Assembly (NCBI GenBank): GCA_964431625.1
Contig: CAYSJT010000001.1
Coordinates: 1-42,183 of the forward strand
DNA: 42,183 nt
Reading direction: 5' to 3'
Origin: an uncultured Gammaproteobacteria bacterium
Lineage (GTDB): Bacteria > Patescibacteriota > Patescibacteriia > Patescibacteriales > UBA12465
Made by a program: the position numbers and the translations under genes. The notes under the pieces were generated by a model. It did no database searches. It was not told where the DNA came from and worked only from the letters and a program-made list of their open reading frames with translations. Positions 1-8,089 of the stretch are shown piece after piece; the first letter of the stretch is position 1; every line of letters starts with the position of its first letter.

Positions 1-47
1 AACAAGGCATCCGTAGCGGAAGCTGTGGATGGATCACCTCCTTTCTA
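1..47 (+). rRNA. rrs: 3'-terminal ~47 nt of a 16S rRNA gene (partial; the gene continues upstream of the window)
   Basis: AACAAGG..CCGTAGCGGAAGCTGTGGATGGATCACCTCCTTTCT matches the universal 16S 3' end (helix 45 plus the anti-Shine-Dalgarno tail). GGATCACCTCCTTTCT lies at 31-46. Confidence 0.93.
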
Positions 48-152
48 GGGAGATATTTCTTCTTTCCACGTGGAAGAAGAAATGGTCGCCCCCGGCGTAG
101 TGCCGGGGAGTCGAATTGATGCCGATTAGACTCGAAATCTCATCATGATACC

Positions 153-186
153 AAAAATCCGCTAATAACCTAGCGGATTTTTGTTT
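153..186 (+). terminator. Intrinsic terminator downstream of the 16S gene
   Basis: Stem AAAAATCCGCTA (153-164) pairs with TAGCGGATTTTT (171-182) around the loop ATAACC, and the T-run continues as TTTTTGTTT. Confidence 0.7.
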
Positions 187-203
187 AATATTCAATCCAA
201 TAT

Positions 204-232
204 TTGACATCTCCCAATCTCTTTGCTATATT
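204..232 (+). promoter_or_regulatory. Sigma70-type promoter for the 277..675 gene
   Basis: TTGACA (204-209), 17-nt spacer, TATATT (227-232). Confidence 0.5.
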
Positions 233-276
233 TCCTAACCTAGAACCTTTAAAAATAACAAAAAAACAATAGAGCG

Positions 277-675
277 ATGGAAATTTTCAGTATTACTTAC
301 GCGATTGGCAGCCTGCTGATTCTGGCTGCCGGAGTATTCATGTATTTGGCCCAGAGACAGAGAATGTACCGGGAATTCTGGGCGGCTAACCGTTCTCTGA
401 AGCAGTCTCCGGGTTCAGGCGATCCCGAGCTCTGGGTGGATTTCATATACCATCTGGAGAAAGTGAGGCGATCGGCCAGGCTCAAGCTTTCAGACGAGGC
501 TGCGGCTGGCTACCTCGACTTCATCAAGAATGAATGTGGCAAGAGCCTGGAACACTTCCGTAGTGATTACGGCATAACTTCAGCGGAAAAAATTTCCGAA
601 CTGGTGTCTGATGGCAAAACGAAACGCCGCTTGGAGAAAACCATGCCCGCCTGGGAGATACTAATTAGCCAATAG
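277..675 (+). CDS. Hypothetical membrane-anchored protein (132 aa)
   Basis: The ORF has one N-terminal hydrophobic helix (ITYAIGSLLILAAGVFMYL) and a charged soluble tail. It sits between a promoter and a terminator. I recognise no family. Confidence 0.6.
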   Translation: MEIFSITYAIGSLLILAAGVFMYLAQRQRMYREFWAANRSLKQSPGSGDPELWVDFIYHLEKVRRSARLKLSDEAAAGYLDFIKNECGKSLEHFRSDYGITSAEKISELVSDGKTKRRLEKTMPAWEILISQ

Positions 676-686
676 GCAAAAAAAAC

Positions 687-711
687 AAAACCGGACCAAT
701 GGCCCGGTTTT
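687..711. terminator. Bidirectional hairpin terminator between the convergent 277..675 gene and trpS
   Basis: AAAACCGG..(loop)..CCGGTTTT, flanked by an A-run upstream and a T-run downstream. Confidence 0.55.
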
Positions 712-732
712 TCATTTGCTAAACTCCTTTCT

Positions 733-1722
733 TTATCTCACCCCTATCGCCCGCCTGACAAGCTCCATTTTCTTCTCGGCAATAGATGCGGCTTCCTTGG
801 CTCCTTCATTTAGTATTTTGGCTACCTGCTTGTCCGATATGTCCCGATACTTCTTTTGGAATCCAGCCAGGAACCTAGCCACGACTTCAGCTAAGTCTTT
901 CTTAAAATCCCCATAGCCGCGTCCGGCATATTCTCTCTCCAGCGCACCAATGTTCTTCCGGCTGAGGACTGAATATATAGTGAGAAGATTGGCAACAGCC
1001 GGCTTCTTCTTGACATCGTACTTTATCTCCTGCCCTGAATCAGTCACGGCCCGCATTACCTTCTTCTTGGCGGCATCAATATCATCGAGCAGATAGAGGC
1101 AGCCGCTCTGGTTGGGGTCGCTCTTGCTCATCTTCTTGCTTGGGTCCTGCAAAGACATTATCCTTGCCCCTTCCTTTTTAATCAAAGCTGTCGGCACCTT
1201 GAAAACCTCTCCCCACTGGCCATTGAAGCGCTTGGCGATATCCCTAGCCAGCTCCACATGCTGGGTCTGGTCTTCGCCTACGGGCACCAAATCGGTATCA
1301 TACAAAAGGATGTCGGCCGCCATCAGAACCGGGTAGTCATATAGGCCGGCGCTGACCGATTCCTGGTTCTTGCCCGCCTTGTCCTTGAACTGGGTCATCT
1401 TGTTGAGGTCAGCCACCCGGGCGGCGCAGCAATTCAAGATCCAAGCCAGCTCAGTATGCTGAGGCAGGGCAGATTGCTGGAAAATGATGGAATTTTTTGG
1501 ATCAATACCAGAAGCTAGGTATAGCTTGGCAATTTCAGTTATTTTTTCTCTGAGCTCTGCCGGTTCCTGTCGGACGGTAATAGCATGATAGTCGACTATG
1601 GAAAAAATACAACGATTAGTTATCTGCAAATCTGCCCATTGTGAAATAGCCCCGATATAATTACCCAAGGTGAGTTGACCGCTGGGCTGAACTCCGGAAA
1701 AGATTGTCTGGCGTTTTTCCAT
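733..1722 (-). CDS. trpS: Tryptophan--tRNA ligase
   Basis: 329 aa. N-terminus FSGVQPSGQLTLGNYIGA (class I HIGH-region equivalent), a KMSKS motif (KKMSKSD), and typical TrpRS length. Confidence 0.95.
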   Translation of the reverse strand: MEKRQTIFSGVQPSGQLTLGNYIGAISQWADLQITNRCIFSIVDYHAITVRQEPAELREKITEIAKLYLASGIDPKNSIIFQQSALPQHTELAWILNCCAARVADLNKMTQFKDKAGKNQESVSAGLYDYPVLMAADILLYDTDLVPVGEDQTQHVELARDIAKRFNGQWGEVFKVPTALIKKEGARIMSLQDPSKKMSKSDPNQSGCLYLLDDIDAAKKKVMRAVTDSGQEIKYDVKKKPAVANLLTIYSVLSRKNIGALEREYAGRGYGDFKKDLAEVVARFLAGFQKKYRDISDKQVAKILNEGAKEAASIAEKKMELVRRAIGVR

Positions 1723-1788
1723 ATATTAGGATTTGAATATAATATTATTGTAGTTTAATCCCTCTGTTTTAGCAACTGGGGGATGAGC

Positions 1789-1816
1789 TTGAAAAATAAG
1801 GCGGTTGTGCTAATAT
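1789..1816 (+). promoter_or_regulatory. Candidate promoter of the tRNA-Pro/Ala/Pro cluster
   Basis: TTGAAA (1789-1794), 16-nt spacer, TAATAT (1811-1816), about 27 nt upstream of the first tRNA. Confidence 0.4.
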
Positions 1817-1842
1817 GAGGGCGAGGGCGACGCCCTTCCAGA

Positions 1843-1913
1843 CGGGCTGTAGTATAATGGTAGTACGCGTGCATGGGGTGCATGTAGCCCCGGTTCGATT
1901 CCGGGCAGCCCGA
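1843..1913 (+). tRNA. tRNA-Pro (anticodon GGG)
   Basis: Hand-folded cloverleaf. Acceptor CGGGCTG/CAGCCCG, anticodon stem CGTGC/GCATG, loop ATGGGGT, T-loop TTCGATT. No CCA is encoded. Confidence 0.85.
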
Positions 1914-1926
1914 CAGAGTCCAGACA

Positions 1927-2002
1927 GGGCTTGTAGCTCATCTGGTAGAGCGCTGCATTCGCATTGCAGAGGTAAGGGGTTCGAGTCCCCTCAAGTCCAC
2001 CA
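1927..2002 (+). tRNA. tRNA-Ala (anticodon CGC)
   Basis: Acceptor GGGCTTG/CAAGTCC carries the G3:U70 alanine identity pair. Anticodon stem CTGCA/TGCAG, loop TTCGCAT, T-loop TTCGAGT. CCA is encoded. Confidence 0.9.
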
Positions 2003-2004
2003 AG

Positions 2005-2076
2005 CGGGCTGTGGTATAAAGGCTATTATACACGCTTCGGGTGCGTGTGATCCCAGTTCAATTCTGGGCAGCCCGA
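2005..2076 (+). tRNA. tRNA-Pro (anticodon CGG)
   Basis: Its acceptor stem is the same as the first tRNA-Pro (CGGGCTG/CAGCCCG). Anticodon stem CACGC/GCGTG, loop TTCGGGT, T-loop TTCAATT. No CCA is encoded. Confidence 0.85.
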
Positions 2077-2082
2077 CAAGAT

Positions 2083-2126
2083 CAGAAAACCGTCCTTATC
2101 AGTCATAGGATGGTTTTCTGTATTTT
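2083..2126 (+). terminator. Intrinsic terminator after the tRNA cluster
   Basis: A ~14-bp hairpin: CAGAAAACCGTCCT (2083-2096) pairs with AGGATGGTTTTCTG (2107-2120), followed by TATTTT. Confidence 0.7.
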
Positions 2127-2153
2127 GACAAAAAGCGCTTATCCAATTATTAT
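2125..2153 (+). promoter_or_regulatory. Sigma70-type promoter of the LCP-der-pth operon
   Basis: TTGACA (2125-2130), 17-nt spacer, TATTAT (2148-2153). Confidence 0.5.
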
Positions 2154-2213
2154 AAGAGAGGAGAATCACTAGCTCCCCCAATTCATCTCTGACGATAGAT
2201 TTTTTTATTACCT

Positions 2214-3671
2214 ATGATCGACTTTAAGCAAAAACTGGAAGAAAAAGACCGAATTGACGGCATATATGAACCAGAGGAAAGTGGTCTGGAAATGCCGAAA
2301 AAGTCCAAAAAACAAAAAAGGATAACTGCCTATATCACCGCTCTGATAGTTATTGCTATCATCCTATCGGGCCGCGTCATCATGTCCAGCCAGGACGCCT
2401 CGAGCTGGCTGCCTGGCAGTAGCTTCTTCAATAAGCTCAGGCATTTAGTTCCAAGCGCGGACAAAGGCCTCCAGGGGGAAGATGAGGACAGGGTGAACAT
2501 CCTGCTTTTGGGAATAGGCGGGGAAGGCCATGATGGCGCCTACTTAACTGATACTATCATGTTAGCTAGCATCAAACCCTCGACCAAACAAGTATCTTTG
2601 ATCTCCATCCCTAGGGATCTTAGCGCGCCGATAAACGGCGGCAATTGGCGAAAAGTTAACAATATCAATGCCTATGCCGAAATGGCTGAGCCAGGCTCCG
2701 GCGGCCCTAAGACAATGGAGGCTTTCAGCCAGCTACTGGAAATCCCTATTCACTATTATGTTCGGGTTGATTTTCAGGGCTTTATCGACATCGTCGACGA
2801 ACTCGGAGGCATAGAGGTTAACGTAGAAAATACCCTTGATGACTATAGCTATCCCATTCTCGGCCAAGAAGACAACCCGGATTATTACGCCCGCTTCGAA
2901 CATCTTCATATAGACAGCGGCTGGCAGAAAATGGACGGCTCCCTGGCTCTTAAGTACGCTCGCAGCCGCCATGCCTATGGCCCGGAAGGCTCGGACTTCG
3001 CCCGAGCCAGACGCCAGCAATTAATCATGGAAGCTGTCAAAAAGAAACTTCTTTCCCGCCAAACCCTAATGAACCCGATAATGATCGGCCGCCTGCTCAA
3101 TGATTTCGGGCGCAGCGTCTCCACCAATCTTGATGTTTGGGAAATGCTCAGGTTGTGGGACCTGGTCAAGGACATAGACCGGTCACAGATAATAAACAGG
3201 GTGCTCAGCGACGCCCCGGACGGCCTTTTGGTCAGCAGCACGGGCATTGACGGCGCTTATATCCTTATTCCAGCTTCGGGCAACTTTTCCCAAATCAGAA
3301 GCTTAGTGCGCGACATCTTTGGATCGGCCCCGGCTTGGAGCGGATCTGAAGAAAAAACAGAGAAAGCGAAAATCATCATTCAAAACGGCACCTGGATCAA
3401 CGGCTTGGCGGCAAAAATGTCGGACCAATTAGACAGCTCCGAATTCGAAATAATCAAAACGGAAAATGCCTCTACCCGAGACTACAATCATTCCATTATA
3501 TACGACCTCAGCTACGGCAAAAAGGACGAGGACCTGAGTGCTCTGAAAAAAACCAGCGGCGCCACTCAGGCATACGATTCTCCCGCCTGGCTCAAATCAT
3601 ACCAGTCTGGCAACTCAAGCGATCCAGACTTTATTCTTATCCTCGGCACTGACGCCAATCAAGCTGATTAA
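2214..3671 (+). CDS. LytR-CpsA-Psr (LCP) family cell-envelope polymer transferase with an N-terminal membrane anchor and a LytR_C-like C-terminal domain
   Basis: 485 aa. LCP core motif VNILLLGIGGEGHDGAYLTDTIMLASI..VSLISIPRDL. The C-terminal KIIIQNGTWINGLAAK is typical of the LytR C-terminal domain. Confidence 0.9.
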   Translation: MIDFKQKLEEKDRIDGIYEPEESGLEMPKKSKKQKRITAYITALIVIAIILSGRVIMSSQDASSWLPGSSFFNKLRHLVPSADKGLQGEDEDRVNILLLGIGGEGHDGAYLTDTIMLASIKPSTKQVSLISIPRDLSAPINGGNWRKVNNINAYAEMAEPGSGGPKTMEAFSQLLEIPIHYYVRVDFQGFIDIVDELGGIEVNVENTLDDYSYPILGQEDNPDYYARFEHLHIDSGWQKMDGSLALKYARSRHAYGPEGSDFARARRQQLIMEAVKKKLLSRQTLMNPIMIGRLLNDFGRSVSTNLDVWEMLRLWDLVKDIDRSQIINRVLSDAPDGLLVSSTGIDGAYILIPASGNFSQIRSLVRDIFGSAPAWSGSEEKTEKAKIIIQNGTWINGLAAKMSDQLDSSEFEIIKTENASTRDYNHSIIYDLSYGKKDEDLSALKKTSGATQAYDSPAWLKSYQSGNSSDPDFILILGTDANQAD

Positions 3672-3674
3672 ATT

Positions 3675-5087
3675 ATGGCGATAAAGAAAGAAAAACAACT
3701 CCCTTTAGTCGCAATCCTGGGCAGAACCAATGTCGGCAAATCCACCCTGTTCAACCGCTTGGTCGGCAAGGGCCAGGCCTTGGTTTCTGATATCGCCGGC
3801 ACCACCCGCGACAGCAACTTCGGCGTTGTCAGATGGGCCGCGGCCAACTTTGAACTGACCGACACTGCCGGCTTCACTGACTGGCGGCGCCTCATCGGGC
3901 GCAAAGTAAAGGTTGATGACGTCGATGGCCAAGCCCAAAAGCAGGCGCGCGCCTATCTTGACTTAGCCGACCTCATTCTTTTCCTGACAGACGCCAAATC
4001 CGGGCTCCTCCCCGAAGACAGGGAAATTGCCGCCGCCATCAAAAAGAAAACGGAATATAGAAATAAGACCATCTTAGTGGCCAATAAGGTAGACAGTTCG
4101 CGAATAATGGGTGAAGCAGCCCAGTTCAACCGCCTCGGCCTAGGAGAGCCGGAAGCAATCTCCGCTGCTAGCGGGCTGCGCACCGGCGACCTGCTTGATA
4201 TAATCGTCGGCCGCCTCAGGGAAGCCGGATTAGATATAGCCGACCGCGGGCCGAAAGAAGTTCAAGCCAAGTCGGAACCAATCCGGGCCTGCATTATTGG
4301 CAAGCCGAATGTCGGCAAGTCTTCTCTGCTCAATGCTTTTCTCGGATATGACCGCGTTTTGGTTTCTCCTCAAGCCCACACTACCCGAGAGCCGCAGCAC
4401 ACCCATCTTAACTATCGCGATCAAGATATTGCCCTGATTGATACGGCTGGGATATCCAAGCAGGGCAAGAAAGGGAAGGGCTTGGAAAAGCCCGGCATCA
4501 TCAAGTCATTGCAGTCTCTGGATAAGGCTGATATCGCCCTGCTCGTATTAGACGCCAGCGAAGCCCTGGCTCATCAGGATGCCAAGCTGGTCGAAGAAAT
4601 ATCCGATCGGCAAAAAAGCCTCATAATCGTGGCTAACAAATGGGACAAGGTCAAGGGCCGTAACACCAAATCCGCTTCCCAAGCCATATACGATAAGCTG
4701 CCTTTTGCAGCTTGGGCGCCGATTCAGTTCGTTTCGGCTAAGACCGGCGAAAAGGTAGAAAAAATCCTGGATCTGATTCTGGAAATTGCCGCCGCCAGAC
4801 GCTTGACGCTCAGCGATTCACAAACGGAAAAATTCCTCAAACATGTAGTGAAGATCCACCGCCCAGCCAAAGGCAAAGGCCTTAAAGCGCCGCGGATATA
4901 CGAATTCCGACAGACAAAGAGCAATCCGCCGAGCTTTATGCTCCGCATCGGGCCCAACGATGACCTTCATTTTTCCTATGTCCGCTTCATGGAGAACCGC
5001 CTGCGCGAACGGCACAGCTTTCTGGGAACGCCGATAAGAATAAGCGTGACTAAGCGCCGAAAATCCCACACTACATATAACGGCTAA
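3675..5087 (+). CDS. der: Ribosome-biogenesis GTPase Der (EngA), tandem GTPase domains plus a KH-like C-terminus
   Basis: Two P-loops (GRTNVGKST and GKPNVGKSS), two DTAG motifs and two NKxD motifs (NKVD, NKWD). 470 aa. Confidence 0.95.
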   Translation: MAIKKEKQLPLVAILGRTNVGKSTLFNRLVGKGQALVSDIAGTTRDSNFGVVRWAAANFELTDTAGFTDWRRLIGRKVKVDDVDGQAQKQARAYLDLADLILFLTDAKSGLLPEDREIAAAIKKKTEYRNKTILVANKVDSSRIMGEAAQFNRLGLGEPEAISAASGLRTGDLLDIIVGRLREAGLDIADRGPKEVQAKSEPIRACIIGKPNVGKSSLLNAFLGYDRVLVSPQAHTTREPQHTHLNYRDQDIALIDTAGISKQGKKGKGLEKPGIIKSLQSLDKADIALLVLDASEALAHQDAKLVEEISDRQKSLIIVANKWDKVKGRNTKSASQAIYDKLPFAAWAPIQFVSAKTGEKVEKILDLILEIAAARRLTLSDSQTEKFLKHVVKIHRPAKGKGLKAPRIYEFRQTKSNPPSFMLRIGPNDDLHFSYVRFMENRLRERHSFLGTPIRISVTKRRKSHTTYNG

Positions 5088-5091
5088 TCAT

Positions 5092-5640
5092 ATGAGATTA
5101 ATCGTCGGTCTCGGCAACCCCGGGGACAAATACGCCAAGACTAGGCATAACGCTGGCTGGCTGGCGCTTGACGCTTTTCTGCCGGCAGCTCGCTGGCAGG
5201 AAGAAAAGAGATTCTCCGCTCTCATTGCCAAAGAGGGCGGGGACGTTTTTGCCAAACCGCTCACCTTTATGAACGATTCTGGCCGAAGCGTCAAAAAAAT
5301 CCTTTCGTACTACCAGCTCCTGCCGAAATCCCTGGGAATAATCAGAAAAAAGGACGCCGATCTCAAAGATGTTCTGTTAGTTGTCCATGACGATCTGGAC
5401 ATCCCCTTCGGCCAAATCAAGCTGTCTGCCGGGTCAGGCAGCGCCGGCCATCGCGGGGTTGAGTCTATAATCTCACATCTCAAAACAAAAAACTTCCTCC
5501 GCCTCCGTCTAGGCATTGGCAACGAAAAGCTCCGACAAACAATCCCGGCGGATAAGTTCGTCCTGCAGCCTTTCGATCGGGAAGAACAAGCGGCTTTGCC
5601 GGGAATATTTCGACAAATAGACTTATCTAACTTGAAATGA
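5092..5640 (+). CDS. pth: Peptidyl-tRNA hydrolase
   Basis: The N-terminus MRLIVGLGNPGDKYAKTRHNAGW is the canonical Pth signature. 182 aa. Confidence 0.95.
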   Translation: MRLIVGLGNPGDKYAKTRHNAGWLALDAFLPAARWQEEKRFSALIAKEGGDVFAKPLTFMNDSGRSVKKILSYYQLLPKSLGIIRKKDADLKDVLLVVHDDLDIPFGQIKLSAGSGSAGHRGVESIISHLKTKNFLRLRLGIGNEKLRQTIPADKFVLQPFDREEQAALPGIFRQIDLSNLK

Positions 5641-5646
5641 ACATTT

Positions 5647-5672
5647 ATCCTCCCGTCAGGGAGGATTTTTTA
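5647..5672 (+). terminator. Intrinsic terminator after pth
   Basis: ATCCTCCC-GTCA-GGGAGGAT followed by TTTTTTATTTT. Confidence 0.8.
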
Positions 5673-5737
5673 TTTTCCCTATCGCCAATTTGCCAAAAAA
5701 AGAGAAAGGGGCTATGATGTAAATCAAATTGTTTTCT

Positions 5738-7957
5738 ATGAAGCTCATCATCGTCGAATCGCCAACCAAAGCTAAGACTATCAGTCGTTTCTTGGGCAAA
5801 GAATACAAGGTCGAATCATCATTCGGCCATGTTCGCGATCTGCCGGTCAAAGAAATGGGGGTTGATATAGAAGGTGGCTTCTTGCCTAGCTATGTCGTGC
5901 CAGCCAAGGCCAAGAAAGTCATCAGCCGGCTGAAGGCGGCGGCCCAGAAATCTTCTGAAACCATTCTCGCTTCCGATGAAGACCGCGAAGGAGAGGCGAT
6001 TGCCTGGCATCTCATCCAGGCGCTCAAGCTCAAAGAAGAAGAAACAAAGCGCATCGCTTTCCATGAGATAACCAAAGAAGCCATCATCGCCGCTCTAGAC
6101 CAGCCCCGCCAGCTTGACTATAATATGGTTGACGCCCAGCAAGCCAGACGTGTCTTGGACCGCCTGGTAGGCTATGAACTTTCGCCATTCCTTTGGAAAA
6201 AAGTCGCCCGCGGACTTTCTGCCGGCCGCGTCCAAAGCGTTGCGACCCGCCTGATTGTAGAAAGAGAAGGGGAAATAAAGGCATTTGAAATCCAGGAATA
6301 TTGGAGCCTGGCAGCTGAGCTAGAGGCCGCTTCCGGCCGTTTCTTGGCGGAACTATATAAGATAAATGGCAAGACTTTTGACAAGCTCGATATCAAGGAA
6401 AAAGAGGCTAAGCGGCTAGAAACAGAACTAAAGTCAGCTTCTTTCTCGGTTCTGGCCATCAATCGGCGAGAATTAAACAAGTCTCCCAACCCTCCATTTA
6501 CCACTTCCACCCTCCAGCAATCCGCCAACCGCCTCTTGGGATTTAGCGCCAAGCAGACCATGACTGTCGCCCAAAAGCTGTATGAAGAGGGCTATATCAC
6601 CTACATGCGCACCGACTCGCTCAATCTTTCGCCGAAGTTCCTAAACGACGCCAAGAATTATCTGCAAGACAAACTGGGCCAGGAATATCTTCCGGAAAAA
6701 CCCCGGATATATAAAAGCCGCAGCAAGAATGCCCAGGAAGCGCACGAGGCGATCCGTCCGACAGAAGCATCCCTGGAGCCGGATTCCTTGGCAGACAAGA
6801 TTGACCGCAACCAGCTCAAGCTATACCGCCTAATCTGGCAAAGGGCCTTAGCCAGCCAAATGGCCAGCGCCCGGCTGGCCGCAACCTCAATCGATGTTGA
6901 GACTAAAGAAGAAAAAAAGAACTGCATTTTCCGAGCCACCGGCCAAACTATAATTTTCCCGGGCTATCTCAAGGTCTGGCCGGAAAAGACAAAAGATCAG
7001 GATCTGCCCCCGGTTTTAGAAAAGGAATCTCTAAAGCTCATTTCCCTGATAGCCGAAGCGCACCAGACTAACCCGCCCGCCCGCTATTCCGATGCTGGCC
7101 TGGTCAAAGAATTGGAAAAACACGGCATCGGCCGGCCTTCGACATACGCCCCGACCATCGCCACCATCATTGCCAGGAATTATGTGGAGCGGGACGAGGG
7201 TAAGCGCCTCAAGCCGACAGACATAGCTTTTGTCGTTACTGACCTCTTAGTCAAACACTTCCCGAAGATCGCCGACTACCAATTCACGGCTAAGCTAGAA
7301 AACGATCTGGATGAGATTGCCGCCGGACGTCAGAAATGGCAGCCGGTTATCGCCGACTTCTATGATGACTTCCATGGTAATTTGGAAAAAAAATATCAGG
7401 AATTAACTAAGAAAGAAATTATGCCAGAAGAACAATCAAAAGAGACCTGCGACAAATGCGGCGCCCCGATGGTCATAAAGACGGGGCGCTTCGGCAAGTT
7501 CCTGGCTTGCAGCGCCTTCCCGGAATGCAAGAATATTAAAAGGCTAAAGAAGGACTCCCCAGCCGATCAAGAAAAAGATGAACATCTAAAATCGCTTGAG
7601 GAGAAATACGCGGAAGAAACCTGCGACAAATGCGGCGCCCCGATGAAGGTAAGAACCGGGCGCTACGGACCTTTTCTGGCTTGCAGCGCTTTCCCTAAAT
7701 GCAAAAACATCAAAAACATTTCCAGCGGCGGGCAGAAAGAGGAAGCGATAAGCTGCCCAGTCTGCCAGAAAGGCCATATCGTCAAGAAATTCAGCCGCCG
7801 CGGCGCTTTCTATGCCTGCGATAACTATCCTGACTGCAAAAATGCCTACTGGGGCAAGCCTACCGGCCAGAAGTGCCCTGATTGCGGCGCTTTACTCCTG
7901 GAAGGAAAGAGCGGCAAGATAGGCTGCAGCGACAAGGATTGCGGATATAAGGAATAA
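5738..7957 (+). CDS. topA: DNA topoisomerase I with four C-terminal C4 zinc-ribbon modules
   Basis: Toprim N-terminus MKLIIVESPTKAKTI, active-site region YITYMRTDS, and four CxxC..CxxC zinc ribbons at the C-terminus. I prefer the ATG at 5738 to the TTG at 5729 used in the ORF track. Confidence 0.95.
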   Translation: MKLIIVESPTKAKTISRFLGKEYKVESSFGHVRDLPVKEMGVDIEGGFLPSYVVPAKAKKVISRLKAAAQKSSETILASDEDREGEAIAWHLIQALKLKEEETKRIAFHEITKEAIIAALDQPRQLDYNMVDAQQARRVLDRLVGYELSPFLWKKVARGLSAGRVQSVATRLIVEREGEIKAFEIQEYWSLAAELEAASGRFLAELYKINGKTFDKLDIKEKEAKRLETELKSASFSVLAINRRELNKSPNPPFTTSTLQQSANRLLGFSAKQTMTVAQKLYEEGYITYMRTDSLNLSPKFLNDAKNYLQDKLGQEYLPEKPRIYKSRSKNAQEAHEAIRPTEASLEPDSLADKIDRNQLKLYRLIWQRALASQMASARLAATSIDVETKEEKKNCIFRATGQTIIFPGYLKVWPEKTKDQDLPPVLEKESLKLISLIAEAHQTNPPARYSDAGLVKELEKHGIGRPSTYAPTIATIIARNYVERDEGKRLKPTDIAFVVTDLLVKHFPKIADYQFTAKLENDLDEIAAGRQKWQPVIADFYDDFHGNLEKKYQELTKKEIMPEEQSKETCDKCGAPMVIKTGRFGKFLACSAFPECKNIKRLKKDSPADQEKDEHLKSLEEKYAEETCDKCGAPMKVRTGRYGPFLACSAFPKCKNIKNISSGGQKEEAISCPVCQKGHIVKKFSRRGAFYACDNYPDCKNAYWGKPTGQKCPDCGALLLEGKSGKIGCSDKDCGYKE
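7445..7645 (+). repeat. Internal 27-bp exact direct repeat inside topA (copies at 7445-7471 and 7619-7645)
   Basis: ACCTGCGACAAATGCGGCGCCCCGATG occurs twice. It encodes the TCDKCGAPM start of two adjacent zinc ribbons. Confidence 0.9.
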
Positions 7958-7970
7958 TATAGAATATAAA

Positions 7971-7998
7971 AGAGGGGGCGATTGGACCCCCTTTTTTT
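7971..7998 (+). terminator. Intrinsic terminator after topA
   Basis: GAGGGGG-(8-nt loop)-CCCCCT followed by TTTTTTTAT. Confidence 0.75.
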
Positions 7999-8089
7999 AT
8001 TGCTTTCATCTTATTGACTAAAATAAAGAAATATGATTAAATAAAAAGCTAATTATCGTAGTTTAAAAACCTCAAAATATACCCGAAAA

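Noticed and set aside
1815-2108. 97-aa plus-strand ORF in the track
   Set aside because: It lies entirely across three well-folded tRNA genes (Pro, Ala, Pro) and their terminator. It is a chance ORF.
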